Made by a program: the position numbers and the translations under genes. The notes beneath the pieces are model-generated. The model saw nothing but the letters and a program-made list of their open reading frames with translations. It did not search any database and was not told the origin of the DNA. From Camelus ferus (taxonomy: Eukaryota), in the NCBI RefSeq assembly GCF_009834535.1, contig NC_045696.1:87360001-87424000 (forward strand): a stretch of DNA of 64,000 nucleotides, given 5' to 3'. Below are positions 1 through 14,140 of this stretch, in pieces; position 1 is the stretch's first letter, and the number at the start of each line of letters is the position of its first letter.

Positions 1-1390
1 AAATAAACCAATATGTATACGGTCAAATAATATTTGACAAGGGAGTCTAGAATACTCAGTAAAGACAGACTCTTCAATAAATGGTGCTGGAAATAACTGG
101 ATCTTCACATGTAAAAGAATGAAATTAGATTCCTATCTTATACCACTCACAAAATGAATTCAAGACAAATATAACATTGTAAACCATGTTAACTCCTAGA
201 AGAAAACATAGATAAAAAGGATTCTTGACATGGGTCCTGGCAATTATTATTATTTTTTTTTTACATATGACACCTAAAAGCACAGCAACAAAACAAAAAA
301 CAAACAAGTGGGACTACATCCAAATAAAAAGCTTCTGCTCAGCAAAAGAATCAACAAAATGAAAACTCATACAACTTCATGCAAAAAATAAAATAATCCA
401 GTGAAAAAGTGGGCAAGGACCTGATTAGACATTTTTCCAAAGAAGATACACAAATGGCCAACAGGTACATGAAAATGTATTCAATATCACTATTCATTAG
501 GAAAATGCAAATCAAAACCACAATGAGATATCTCCTCGTATCTGTTAGAATGACTATCACCAAAAAGACAAGAGATTTCAAATGCTATGAAGAATGTGGA
601 GAAAACAATGCTGATGCGCTGTTATTGGGACTGTACGTTGGTATAGCCACTATGGAGAACAGTATGGTGGTTCTTCAAAAAAATTAAAAACAGTACTACC
701 ATATGATAAGCCATTTCACTTCTGGGAAATATATGCAAAGGAAATGAAAATACTATGAAAAGGAGATATCTGTACCTGCCTGTTCACAGTAGCATTAGTT
801 TTTCAGTCTCTCATTCTATTTACATACACACACACATACACACAAGATGGAATACTATTCAGCCATAGAAAGGAAACCTGCCCTTTGTGAAAATATGAAT
901 AAACCTTGAGTATTATGCTGACATAAGTCAGAGTAAAAGAAATACTGTACGACCTCACTTACATGTGCAAAAAACCCAAATGAAAAAACCTAGATAACAA
1001 AAAAACCCAAAACAAAACAAAACCTAACTCATTGAAAAACAGATCAGACTTGTGTTTACCAGAGGTGAGGGTGGTGGGTAGGAAAATTAAATGAAGTTGG
1101 TCAAAAAGTATAAACTTCCGGTTATAAGATACATAAACACTAGGCATGTAATATACATCATCATGACTCTAGGTAGCATGGCTACACAGTATATTTCAAA
1201 GTTGTGGAGAGTAGATCCTGAGTCCTCATCACAAGGAAAAAACCTTTTTTTTGTCTATATGAGATGATGGATGTTAAACATATCATGGTAATCGTTTCAC
1301 AATATATGTAATTCAAATCATTATGCTGTACACCTTAAACTTGTACAGTGCCATATATCAGTTATATCTCAATAAAACTAATAAAAATAC
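1..1390 (+). mobile_element. LINE-1 3' portion (decayed ORF2 C-terminus plus 3'UTR), old L1MA/L1MB-type
   Basis: ORF 409..687 (GKDLIRHFSKEDTQMANRYMK...MQIKTTMRY) is L1 ORF2 C-terminal sequence; ends in a typical L1 tail ...tatatctcaataaaact. Confidence 0.95.
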
Positions 1391-2124
1391 TAATGAGTAT
1401 GTATCAAACGACAAAAGAACTAAATGGGTACTACATCACATTCATTTCAAATCTTTCATGTTATTTTTTTCATATGAGTTTCTCATATGAGTAAAGAACC
1501 TGAAGATTTTACAGAATTGACCAAAACAGATTTATAGAGATTAAGTCCAGTGTTCTCAAGCATCATTTTAAAGGACTCTGTCTTCATAACTGATTTATAT
1601 GGTGACTGAAGTTCTGATTATAGGGAGCTAATGAATTGGACAGTGACTATCTCTTCTAACCCTTGAGACAGCTGCTTTCATACCCAATAAAATTCTGCCT
1701 GGCCGAAACAAACGCTTGGAAATCCACGTAACTACTGTGACTGCCATACAAATGGGGTATTTCTGTTATGTCCTCTTGCTTTAAATGTGGCAAAAGCCAT
1801 CATGTGAATGAATATGCCAACACTCCAAACTGAGTATTGTTTTATCAGTCTATATATAGGCACTTTTGAGAATACAATAGAAATTATAAAACCATTTGAT
1901 TACCCTCCAAGGTGTTTGCGAAAAATAAGATAAACTTTACGAAAATATAACTAGGCCAACTATTTGAAAATACATATGTTATGAGTTGGTCTCCTCAGAA
2001 ATATCACTGCTAGGAAAAATAGTAGAAGAACCAGAATTCCGCGGGCCGACATTCCTCTCCTACCTGATCACTAACCAGCAGAGTACATCAGCTTCTGGAA
2101 AGTGCAAATTTATTTCTTTTTTGA

Positions 2125-2365
2125 AGCAGTACAAAGACTCTAAGCTTTAGGAATCTAATTGAACTGGCTTTAATTTTAGGTTCTACTGCTTATTAACATT
2201 GTAACTTTAGCTACTTAGTTATTTTAGTCTCATCTTCCTCATATTTTAAAAAGAAGTAACCTAAGTATACCTACTTCACAGCATTACTAACATTAAAAAG
2301 GAATAGATACATTCACACATGTAAAAAATACCTGGAAGGACAGATCTTCCATCAGTGATGGTTAT
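2125..2365 (+). mobile_element. MIR SINE (degraded)
   Basis: Resembles MIR core: tctactgcttattaac...tctcatcttcctcatattttaaaa...tacctacttcacag. Confidence 0.6.
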
Positions 2366-2554
2366 TGTATTCTGTTCTTTAATTAGGTGTTTCATATGAA
2401 AATAAAGAGTTTTACTCATGCAAGCATTTTACAAATAGAAGCAGAACTACAGAATCATAATGGAACTTTATTTCTAGCACCATCATAATCATCACCATCA
2501 TCCATATGTTGTGAAACAAAGCATGTGCTGGAATCAATGGAAAATATTTTTGCC

Positions 2555-2905
2555 TTTCCTTTTTTCATCAACTTTATTTTGGACAGTTGCAAGAATAATA
2601 AAAGAACAAAACAGCAATCTATATGCTCCCCAAAACTCTCACTGACTGTTAACATTTCTCTCTCTCTCTCCCCTACCACTGTATGTACATCTTTTGAGAA
2701 TTAATTATGAGTATTATTTGTAGATATAACACTTGACTCCTAAATACTTTAACATTAATCACTAGTAAAACAAGAAGTTTCTCCTACATAACCACAGTAC
2801 AATAATCACACTCAAGAATTTAACATTAATACTATATCATCATTTGATACATAGTCCATATTTCCCAATAATCCCAATGTCTTTTACCAGTGTTTATTTT
2901 TCAAG
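2555..2905 (-). mobile_element. Old LINE-1 3'UTR fragment (L1MC-like)
   Basis: ctcctacataaccacagtacaataatcacactcaagaattttaacattaatac resembles the reverse strand of L1MC 3' ends. Confidence 0.65.
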
Positions 2906-3158
2906 ATTTAACTTTCATGTCATAAAGTTATTTTAAATGGGCTTTCAAAAGTGTTTGTAAATGTTTTATTAATAATGCCTTCTAGATATAATTTATAAGG
3001 AATAAGGGAGAATAGATTTTTTGAAGGTATTAATTGTGACTTTGAGAGTAAACTGTGGTATCTTGGAAATTTTTTAATAATAGAAATGCAATTAAAAACT
3101 AATGATACATTTTCAGGTATGTTGTGCAATATGAAAGGATATTTATACAATGGAAATT

Positions 3159-3702
3159 ATAGTCACCCCTTGGTATCCTCAGCAGATTAGTCCAGGACCC
3201 CCATGGATAATAAAATCCATGGATGCTCAAGTACCTTATGTAAAATGGCATAGTTCAGTTAGCCCTCTGTATCTGCAGTTTCCATACGTGTGGATTCAAC
3301 ACGTGCACATCCACAGTTATGTCTCCCCAAATTTGGTATAGTGAAATCCTAACTCCCAATGTGATGGTACTAGGAGGTAGGACCTTTGGCAGGTTATTAG
3401 GTCATGAGGGTAGAAAATTCATGAAAGGGGTTAGTGCCCTAATAAAAGATACCCTAGAAGGTTTCCTGGTCTTTTCTGCCATGTATGTATGAAAGCGAAA
3501 AGATGATTGCGAATGAACCAGGAAGCAGACCTCACCAGGTATGGAACCTGTTGGTGCCTTGATCCTGGACTTCTCATTAGCCAGAACTGTGAGAAATTAA
3601 TTTCTGTTCTTTAAAAGCCACCCAGTCTATGGTTTTGTTATGGCAACCCAAACAGACTAAGACAGAAATAAAGATATGGAACCCAATATATACAAGGAAC
3701 TA
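3159..3702. mobile_element. Tigger/MER2-group non-autonomous DNA transposon interrupted by an MLT1A LTR
   Basis: Left part agtcacccttggtatcc...ccaggacccccatggataataaaatccatggatgctcaagt is MER2-like; the end-like gatatggaacccaatatatacaagg resumes after 3664. Confidence 0.75.
3313..3664 (+). mobile_element. MaLR solo LTR, MLT1A-like
   Basis: cccaatgtgatggtactaggaggtaggaccttt...ccagaactgtgagaaattaatttctgtt...aaacagactaagaca. Confidence 0.9.
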
Positions 3703-5244
3703 ATTTAAAATAAACAATGTTGACTTGTATAATAACCTCAAACAATTAATGTCCTTATTTATCATTTTGTTTTGAAATTCCTGGAAAAATTATAAACTGA
3801 GTAGAAACTAGTCATCAAATTAAACACTACTTAGTTATTTAGAACAAAAGAATAAACTCTACTTATTAGATATAAACTATGGAAAGCCAAATCATTGTTC
3901 ATATACAAAGAAGCAACAAGCTAACCTAAATTAGTATCATTATTCATTTCACTTTAGTACCTTTTTTAAAAGCAAGCACATATAATACGATGTTTATAAA
4001 GTGTTCCTAAATCTTCTAATAGTCCTTATTTTCTTTAAATCTTTCTCTAGGGTAAGTTTGATGATTGGGAGCGAGAAAGTTCAGACAGTTCATTCCCTAC
4101 AGAGATGTATCAAACTGTGTGCAAAACAGGTCACCTAGAGCCAATAGCAATGAAAGGCTCACTGTTGTTTACTGCCCTGTGAGTACCCCATGGTAGAAGA
4201 TGAACTAGCAGTACTCATCTCACTTAAGTTTAGGTACAGGTCCTATGGCCTACTATACTGATTTCTAGTTTAAATTACATCATTTTTGACCTTGTGAATT
4301 TCTTTTTACTTGCATTTGTTTAATTTGTATTTTCCATATGTATTAATTTGAATCTTCCCATAATTTAAAAAACAAAATATCCTTATGAGTTATCTGCTTA
4401 GTATTGGATATTTTGACATACTGTAGAGAAACCTCAGCCTGAGAGTCTTATGGAAATGTAAAAATCAAAACAAAGCAGAAAACAATCCTTCTACTTGGCT
4501 TCAATTGGAGTAGCTTTTCTTAAAAACACGCATGCCATTTTAATCTGGAAAAGAGGGTCAGAGTTTTTAAAATTTCACTGCAGATTTTATTGGCTATCAA
4601 ATTGTAATTACGCTCTTTGATTTAATGTATTTTGTCTTTATATCTTCTTGTTTGGATTGATATTGCTATCTTTGCTTAACTCTAATTTACTAATCTGCTA
4701 GTTATGTAACACACTTTGTGATTTGTGAGATTTCTGTCCTTCTTCCTTTTTGTTTTTACAAAAAATTATTTTTGAGATTTCTCACACTTCTAATTTTTGA
4801 TCTCATAGATTTTATAATAATATAATAAAACCCCCAAAAGTTGTTACAGTAATTTTTTAGTTTACTATCATTTTTATTTTATGACTTTGATTTTTTATAG
4901 GTCTTTGTTTCTATTGTTTGTTACAACTAGTTATGTAATCTGGATTTTGTCTGCATGCTGTTTTGTTGTTTCTTAAAATATATCCTAATTTAAATTAGGT
5001 TAATGATTACATTTATGTTTTCAAATCATCTCTAAATATTTTGAAATACCATCTCAGTAACTATACATAATTTTTAATGTTACCTTTTGAGTAACTATTT
5101 CTAGAACTTTGTAAATATGATTGAGAATTTTAGAACATTGTTATTTTTCTAATACTATATGGCTTATTATTTTATATATCTGTATTCCATTTTTAATTCA
5201 TTGATAAAAACTTCTTTATTATTCATGTGAACAGTATTTCTTTG

Positions 5245-5645
5245 TTCTCTACTGACAGAAGTCTAACTCAAAGCAGCCTTAAGATAAGAATATTACACTG
5301 GCTCATAGAATAGCTTTTGCAACAGACCTACAGGAATGCTAGAAAATGTAACTAAGCATCAGCAACAAAAACCAAAAGAATGCTGTTAGGACTAATGTCT
5401 CTTGTCTTACCTGCATTTTTTGTTTGTTTTTGGGTTTTTTTCATATTAAAAATTTTCTCTACATAGTGAGAAGCAGACATTGATAATATCTAAATTTTAA
5501 AATATATGGGCTCTATCACTAGAGAGGAATTAATTTGATTTTATCCCAATTTCTAAAATCCCAAGGAAAGGACTAATTGTCCCAGCTTTCACCAATTCAC
5601 TAGGCTCAGGGGAGATAATTTTTGAGCATCATTTCCATGTCTGTC
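5245..5645 (-). mobile_element. MaLR LTR, MLT1J/K-like (degraded)
   Basis: tgacagaagtctaactcaaagcagccttaag...tggctcat resembles the MLT1J/K terminus. Confidence 0.5.
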
Positions 5646-5909
5646 ACTAAAGTAAGTGCTATGATAACAAAAAGTTCTCAAAGTATAAGGGGAAATAGGT
5701 AAATAGTATCAGTAACCTGAGAATTCCATATTAGAGATATCATAAGGTACTTTAGGTCTTTACCCTTAGCCTGAGATATGTGGTAGGCCTTTAGTGAAAC
5801 TGCTATTTCATGTATATGACATCAAGCTCACATATAAATTCTGTATCACAAATATTATAGTAATTGAAATAATGTTTTCACATATATTTAATAATTCTTC
5901 TTAATTTTG

Positions 5910-6058
5910 TTCTTTTTCTTATATACCTGTTGGTCATTTGTGGGTCTTCTTTTGAGAAAAATCTATTAAGTTTCTTTGCCCATTTTTTGATCCATTTGTT
6001 TACTGCTACTGAGTTGTATGAGTTCTTACATATTTTAGATATTAACCACTTATCAGAT
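5910..6058 (-). mobile_element. LINE-1 ORF2 fragment
   Basis: cctgttggtcatttgtgggtcttcttttgagaaaaatctatt...tttgcccatttt is the antisense of the L1 ORF2 C-terminal region. Confidence 0.85.
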
Positions 6059-6483
6059 GTATAGGATCAAATGCTGTGGCTGCACAATAGGCTGAAGGAC
6101 CTGGCTTAACCTGACCCAGTTTTCATTATAATGTAATTAACATCACAGTTTAAGCCCCCTCCAGTAGGTTTCTGTGTGTGCTTCCTGGGTAAGAACCTGC
6201 CCAAAAGGGATGGGTGTGCCTGAGCACAAGGAACATCAACTGTGAATCAACAAAATCGCCCCCTAAACCAGGATGTAAGACAGGAGAAACAAAGGAGTGG
6301 CACCATTTTTCCCTCTCTTCAATTGGCCCGCCCCCAATTCTCTGGGGTGTACTATATTTTAATACCTTTTTACCTTACTAATAAAATCTTCTGTTTATAT
6401 CATGCTTTCTGTCTGTCATTAAAAATTCATTTTTTGGTTGACTAAGAACTGAGCTAACTTTTATTCCCCTCCTCCTAGTAACA
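6058..6483 (+). mobile_element. ERV1-class solo LTR
   Basis: Ends ...gactaagaac...ctagtaaca like the LTRs at 23220 and 35018; AATAAA near 6380; left boundary ambiguous (6058 or 6065). Confidence 0.75.
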
Positions 6484-9226
6484 ATAGTATTTTCCAAGTT
6501 TATAACCATAATTACTTTTTTTACTACATCTGATGTTGAACAACTTTTCTTCACATGAGCAGTCTTAACATTTTATTCACAGATGATTTTGAATGACTGT
6601 TTATATTGATCTTCATTATCAAGTGTCATTCTTGCTTCACTCTCATATATGTAAAGATAACTTAGAGAGTTTCAATCGTGTTGAAACATTTTTATTTTCT
6701 CCGCATTTCTAGTCATGTGAAACATTAATGTCAATAAAATCTAAATAAGTATGGATTCTATTCGCAGTGATGCAGAAATCAAAATAAAGCCAGTTATATT
6801 CTGTATCCCTCACAATAAACCTATAAAGGGAGTGGCATTCTTGATTTTAAAAGTCAGTTTTAACAAAAGTAAAATTTTGACAGGGAACAGGAGTCTTTCC
6901 ATACAACATACACAAATACATGTTTCCCTCATCTCTTTATGCCATCAGCAACCAAACATGTAATCTAAGCACTGTCTTTTGATATTCAGTGAGGAAGAAC
7001 AGCTGGAGGGATGGATGGTTAGCAATTCAAAAATTTCACTTTTTGAAATCAGATTCCTCAACTAGAGATTTCAGTTTTTAACTTTTAAAATTCAGTAGAT
7101 GTTTAAATGATTTTTAAAACAACCTCCTAATAAAAAGAGAACAATAGCCTCAAAAGGGATTTATTAGAATTATAAACCAGGCAATCTCGGATAGAGCACT
7201 TAGATCTTTTCTCTATGTTGAGTTAGCTTCTTTCTAGACACTTCTGAAAAATCATCTTTTAGATCCCTGAGAGGATACACCAAGGTAGGCTCATGCCTTC
7301 TCAAAATCATGTACAAGCTGGTGGGCTGCTCCAATACTGTATTGGGTCTTAACACTAGGATATAAGAGGGGTGAGCCTAAGTTGATTAAAGTTCAAAATC
7401 ATTTATTAAATGTCATCATCCAGAGCATTTACTTATCCATAATACCAAAATCCATTAACATTCACAGCTCCAACATCAAAGGATAACCTATCTTTACTCC
7501 CACTAGAAAAGAGAGCTGTTAGGGACTGCCATTCCTCCAAAGACATTTCATGGATTTACAACTATCAGACACATTTTTCACATCCAAATCCTCTTAAAAT
7601 CTTAGTCACACTTCCCCTTTAAGATTGAACATTTGTGTTTTCTGCTGTAATGACTTCTCAATCTTTTTAAGCATTAATTTCTAATAAATAGTAATAGTAT
7701 GGATTTTTTTTCATCAAACACAGTTCTAGTTGCTTTGCAATCATATGTTTGCTGGAATTGTTCTTAGTGAAATTATAATTGCGATTAGAATGTCCCTTTT
7801 TTTTTTTTTTTTTAAATCCTGACGCCATTGAAGAGAAATGATTAAAAACTAATTTTGTAGATACCACCTTAAACAACAGGTTAGGACATGGTTTTAAACA
7901 TGCATATTTAGGTTTCCTGGAGAAAAGACGAGAAAGTAGCTAAATTGACACCTATGGAGAATATAAATCTGCAGATCCTAATTGTCTTGTTTGGCTTCTA
8001 ATTATGCTCAAGCCTCAGAGGAAGATCAGCTTCAGGTAAGAGTGCAAATAGGATGCTTCTTTTCCCTCATCACAGGTATCCAGTCTCATTTCCTGCTTCT
8101 TCCTACCATCTTCCTTTCTCGTTTATATCCTAGCTTTCCATAGAGGAGACCTCTTCTACTACATGTCCGCCAAATATCCCCTTTCTATCCCAATATCTCT
8201 AAAGCAATTTCCCACCGACCATCACTCATGCACCTGCTTTCTCTACAATAAGATCAAATCTGTCTGGTGACGTCAACTGCCTCTATTATTACATGTTTTT
8301 CTTTGAGGGGAGAGCTGGAGTGGAGGAATGGGTCACTGCTACTGTTAGGCCAGATGTTCTGAGACACAAATACCAGAGAGACAATTACTTATCAGTGCAG
8401 GATTTGACAATTTTAACTACAATAAATCTTTAGTAAATATATATGCAGAGAATAACATTATGGTCCTAATTAAAGTAAAAGATAAAAAGGAAAATATTAT
8501 CGATCAAATATTATTTATTGCATAGATACCATTTAAAGTTTGATGCTTATTGTTATCCTACTGGAAAAGAAAACATGATCTATGCATAGTTATTCTTAAA
8601 GGGTTTTAAAAAATAAATTCTATCACTAATTACCTTACTAATATTGAGTAAAATTAAATACTTATTTTAATCAGGAAAAGTGTATGTTCATGGTTATATG
8701 CATAAAAGTATGCTGTGATTTTCATTTCAAAATTAGAGTTTATCTTACTAAAGACTAGGAAAAACACTGTAAAAACAATTTAATTTTATCAGGTAAAAGA
8801 TTTAACACACAATTAGAAAAGTGGTCATATATATGCTTTTATATGTATTTTGCCTCTGGAAATTATATTGTATAAGTATTTGTAAGAATAGAGAGAATAG
8901 AATGTTTTCTCCCAAATTTGAAGAAAATATATATATTCTGAAAACAAGATACTTCAGAATAGTTATTTCAAACCAGAATATGCCACCTCTGCCAAGAAAA
9001 GAGTCATGTTAAGCCAAATTTGTTTCCCCATGAATGCATATGGAGTTATTTGAAACATCTAGGAGAGCAGGAAAAATTTCTATTGACATTGAGGATATAA
9101 ACATTAGAAAGGAAAATCAAGATAAAATATAATGTTTAACTTGCATTTTGACAAATTAAATGTATACTTTTAGAGTATTCATATTTATAGAGTGTTGATT
9201 CTGCAGGAATCTACTCAGATTCCTGC

Positions 9227-9324
9227 GTGTATATATGATTGAACTATTATGCTGTACACCAGAAATTGACACATTGTAAACTCTATACTTTAACACTAAA
9301 AACCCCCAAGTTTTAAAAAAAAAA
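9227..9324 (+). mobile_element. Extremely 5'-truncated LINE-1 tail
   Basis: tgctgtacaccagaaattgacacattgtaaact followed by an A-tail; same tail type as 47930-48004 and 58150-58240. Confidence 0.85.
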
Positions 9325-11769
9325 GAACTGATAGACTAGCTAATTAGTACACTGACAACAACAGCAGCAAGGCAATTGTTAGATTCCCAAGGCTTATATT
9401 TAAAAAATTAAACCCCATAGAGTTAAGGTAGAGCAGCAACAGTATTAAATTTCTGGATCTGTTGCTTAATTAAAATTTGCAGCACATTTTTTCCTATGAA
9501 CTATTATTTCTTTAAGTACAATTATCTTTGTCAAGGCATTACTGTACAGGCCTGATACCAAAGCAAGTTATAATTTTATCAGTATACATGCGTAGAAATT
9601 AAAATGTATTAAGAAAACCCATAAATTTGTACACAAATGACATAAAAATAACAATAATATTATTTATGAGTTTAATTAACAAGCATCACCAACCAAAATA
9701 AGTTTTCCTCACTAACTGCAAAAATTTCCTAATAAGAAGGAAAGAAAATTAAAGCTACTGCAGAAGACAGCTGTATAATTTTAGACAGCAACCTGCAGTT
9801 GCACTAGATTTAGTGTGCTGCAAAATTAGTTCTAGGGTTTTGACTATGATATAAATTTGTCTCATATGGCATTGTGGGGACTCTGTTTGCTGCATGCTAT
9901 TGTAAGAAGCTTTCAGGACTATTTCAGGTTTCTGAAATTTGTTCTTATCTTCCTACCGAGTTTGAGAAAAATAGCTGGAGTGATCCTGATTGAAGGCAAC
10001 TCACCCCACGTTTGCCAGGTTCCTTTTGAAAAGTTTTCTGTGACAAAGTGAGATGCTTCCTGGTATTTGTCAATTACGTTTTGAAAAGCTTTTGATTCTG
10101 ACCTGTAGGTTGTAAATTTACTATTGATGGGCCAGAAGAGGAGTGTTTTTTTTTTTTAAACGTAGAAGTGTTTAACAATTTAGTTGGGGCTGAAAGGAGC
10201 CTTAAAACTCTCAGACTGCCAACAAAAGAGGTCCAAAAAACTATAGCAGCAGGTACACGGACTGAAAAGGTTTTTTTTTTTTAGTAGAATAATGACTGAA
10301 CTCTGTTGCCACCTGTTTCATGAAGTGTTTCCCAGCTCCTGGATTCTAATGAATTGCTTTCTCTGCTCTGCTTCAGGAGCACTTTGGGCATTCTCATGTA
10401 TCCATATTCTTTGTTTTATACTTAGTTGTATACATTTCTGTTTCCTTCAACCCATTACAAGCTTCTTCAACGTGTAACTTTTTACTCAACTGTTACTCTT
10501 GCATCTAGATCAATAGTAATACTTAATGGGTACTGAATGAACATTATCTGACTTAAAGTGAATTTCAGAAGACACTGAGAAGTATAAAGAAAACAGAGGA
10601 AGCTGAAGACATTAAAAAATTAACAAAACATGTAAAATTATAAATCATGAGAGTTAATATCAAAAATAAGAGAATCAGTATTTCCACAGAAATAGAAATA
10701 ATTGAAGTTTCCTAAAATTACAAAATATGCATACTTACAATTTTTTAAATGATTAGTGAAATAACAGAAACCACAGTGGAGATGCTGTTCAAAAAGACCC
10801 AAGGAAAAAACCCTTACATCCAAGAAACAAAACAGCAGGGTTAGGTCAATTAAGCACTAATGGATAAGATAAACAGCAAGTTAAAACACGGTGGAAAAGA
10901 GGAAAACCAGAAACTCATTTTCAGGTAATGGTAGATTGGCAAAATCACATAAAATGTGCTACTGAGAATAACTAGGAAACAACAACACATATGTATTGAA
11001 AAATATATTTGTGTTGCATAGGCAAGGTCAGGGAGATGACTGAATAGAACAAGCTTCACCATGAGTTTTGGGGATACTTTTTCCCTTAGGTTGAGAGTCA
11101 GCCGAGAGTATGAAAAAATCAGCAAAGTTTTAATAGCCTTTTGCTTTACTGGGTTAACAAATGGAGTCAGAGTATGCCAAGAAGTAGAGAAGTAGCCAGA
11201 TTGGTTCTGGTTAATTAAAAAACAACAAGGACAACAAAAAACACTGGTTTTAGGCTGGCAGTTCAAGAAGAAGGAAAATGTAAATTGGAAATAGGTTCTT
11301 GCTATTTCAGGAACTCAAACCCATCTTTATATTATCACAAATACCGAAACTGAATGCAGAGCATCTGGAAATACTAATGCTTCTAATCTTGCTCTTGCCT
11401 GTGAAGAGCAGAAGTATGTCTCTGGAGAAAGTGGACATTAATTTAGTCATCAATGTGTAAAAGAATTCACAGACACACACACACACAAACTCTAGAAAAT
11501 AAAAATATTCAAGTCTCAAGGATACAAGAAAGTGCTACAGACTCGAAATAATCAGTAAGCATTATAAATACTGCTTGTTCAAATGCGACATTTACAAGAG
11601 CAAAGGTTATCAGACAGGGTTAAATTTCAACAATATACACCTTATAAGAACTACATCTTAAAAATAAGGATGCAATAAACTTAAAAGGACAGGAAAAAAT
11701 GATGTGCTGCAAACACATGGTCAAGAAAACTAGTTTAGCTTTATCATCCATTAAAGTAAGTGTTAAAGG

Positions 11770-12501
11770 TGTACTGGGTCCCTGCAGAGGGACAGGCACT
11801 GTCTATACCAATGCCTCACAGCTCTCTCAATTGCCTTTAATGGCCACAAAGGGCCTTTAAAATTCACTCTGATGACAGTATCACCATGTGCCCTTCACCC
11901 TTCTGGTCTAGTGCCTAGTTTGTTTCCTAAGGGTGCACTTTGACTCCCTAAAAGTTTCAGTCATCAACAAGGTCTAAATTGATGTCAAGGTATCGGTCAG
12001 TTGTGGGATAAGGCTTAAAATTAAAGGTCAGTGTTATGTGGTACTTGACATCTTCTGGGATAAATGGCCTCGAAAGGCCTAAACCAAATTTCTCTTCCCA
12101 GGTCTGCTCCTGTGGATAAGATGCCTTAGCCCAACAATCTTCCTTATAAAGAGGACTTGACACAGTTTCTACTAGCTCCAGAATAGTGGATTTCAGAATT
12201 AAACCACAGAATTACTCTAATAAGCCAGGCATACCCTGTCATGGGAACCAGGGGATATCTCATCCTCTTGATACTACAAAATTATGCCACCCACAGTCCC
12301 TGATTTTTCACTCTGTTCTCCAGTTGGATGCAACCTTGCATGGCCCTGCATGGAGGGTGTCCTCCCGTGGGCTATGAGTACATGACTAATGAAATGTATC
12401 TCGTCTGTCCAGTGTCCAGTGTCTTGTGTTTGTCTATCCTCCTGGCTCTAGAGTCTGAATCCCTCCCTTACCAACAGGGAGAAGAAGACATGGTTAAAAC
12501 A
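11770..12501 (+). mobile_element. ERVL-class solo LTR (MER54/MER73/MER74-like)
   Basis: ggcttaaaattaaaggtcagtgttatgtggtacttgacatc and terminus tctgtccagtgtccagtgtc...atccctcccttaccaacagggagaagaagacatggttaaaaca; left boundary approximate. Confidence 0.75.
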
Positions 12502-13917
12502 GGAAAGTAAAGGAAGGAGAGAAGGAGGAGATAAATTAGAATCATAAATTAGGATCAAAGATTTTTTTTAAAAAGTGACTTTTTTCTCCCCAGTGAATTA
12601 AGAGCATGTATTATTTGTATTTGTTCTTAGATCATTGATCTTAGAACAATTTTTTCTTACTCAGAAAGTAAGTATTGTTTCCTAAATACTTGCTTGCTTG
12701 ATTGCTGTATTGATTTTTAAGATCTATTACTGTATCATTTCTACAATATAATTCTGTTATTTTAAGGAGATGGAGGAAATGTACAAAGAGTTTTTTAATG
12801 GTGTTTGAAATATAGTAAATGCATTCCAAGAAGGCAATTTACTCAGCATCACTAGCTGTAAAATAAAAGCCAAAGCTTTTTCATGAACATTAGTACCATC
12901 CTTATGGTATCTGTCATCATCATTTTACAGAGGATGTCAACACAGTCCTATTATTAATGTTACAAGAAATCTAGTTTAGAAAACTTTGGTTTCATTATGG
13001 AACACTTGAAAATGCTTAGATATTAAAAGTCTACTTTCCAACCTAACAAATTATATTTAGAATTTATATATAAATAAAACAGGAATAAATATATATTTAA
13101 GTTCTAGTAGGACTCAGATAAATCTTTTCTAAAGGGAACTAAAATTAAATGTATCATAACTGAGGCAAAACCCTGGCCACAGGGGTTCTTTAATATACCA
13201 TCTCCTGCCTTTTCAAAAGTATAAAGAAGAACAGATGTCCCTTTTCCTTTGGCTCCTTTAAGCATTAAAATTCTTCAAATCAACTACCTTCTAAAGTAAA
13301 ATTGTAGTTACAATTCTCTGTATTTCTGTAGATGGCAAAGAGATATAATAAATAAATGAATTTACAAATTAATTACTAAAGATAGCAAATAACAATTTTA
13401 CTTGCAGGTTTGCTTTTTATTGTTGTTGCTTTTTAAAAAATCATTACAGCCTCTGAATTTGTAAAGCATGGGAATTTGGTTATAATAAAGACTATAATGA
13501 GTCAAATATCCCTGCTCATTTTTGTTCTTTTATCTAACATTGTCTTTGAGGTTTGAGTGGAGATCTTATAATAGTAATTAAAAGTTCAAAAGCATCAACA
13601 ATGTTTCAATAAAATCACAGAAGAGAAGTTTTGAACACTAGAGCTAAATTCTAAATAATCTGACATATCCTACAAATAGGCCATGTCTTTAAAATAAACT
13701 GTCATCATTCTTGATCACTAAGAATAAACCATCAGGGGGAAAAATCAAATTAATCTCATAGTAATATGTATAAGAGCTCTCTTACACTATACATACTTAT
13801 TTGCTGGACAAAGTATAACGATTGGGCCAATGAACGTAACTGAAATTAACTAGATGCACTTATTATTTTAATTTTGGGTAGGCACAAGATTTATAATTGA
13901 TTTTATCCTTCTAAATT

Positions 13918-14140
13918 CGGAGTGGACAAACTATAGTCCATGGGTCAAATCTGGCCCATCATTTATTTTTGTCAGTAAATATATATAGATGCACAGCTGA
14001 TCGTATCCACTGGAATACTGTCTGTGACTACCTTTGTATTATAAGGCAGAGTTGAGTAGTCATGGCAGACACCATATGACCCGCCAAGCCAAGTATTTTA
14101 CTATCTGACCCTTAATAGAAAAAGTTTGCTGACATTTAAT
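13918..14140. mobile_element. MER58A-like hAT-Charlie MITE
   Basis: caaactatagtccatgggtcaaatctggccc...gcagagttgagtagt...tttactatctgacccttaatagaaaaagtttgctgac. Confidence 0.85.

Noticed and set aside
1470..1490. Short palindrome tcatatgag-ttt-ctcatatga
   Set aside because: Explained by a small tandem duplication of a self-complementary 8-mer in AT-rich DNA
8268..8275. Perfect CRE site TGACGTCA
   Set aside because: A single 8-mer with no supporting promoter context
10850..11266. 138-aa minus-strand ORF (also 38465..38857 and 60416..60850)
   Set aside because: Low-complexity hydrophobic composition typical of chance ORFs in T-rich strands; no recognisable domain
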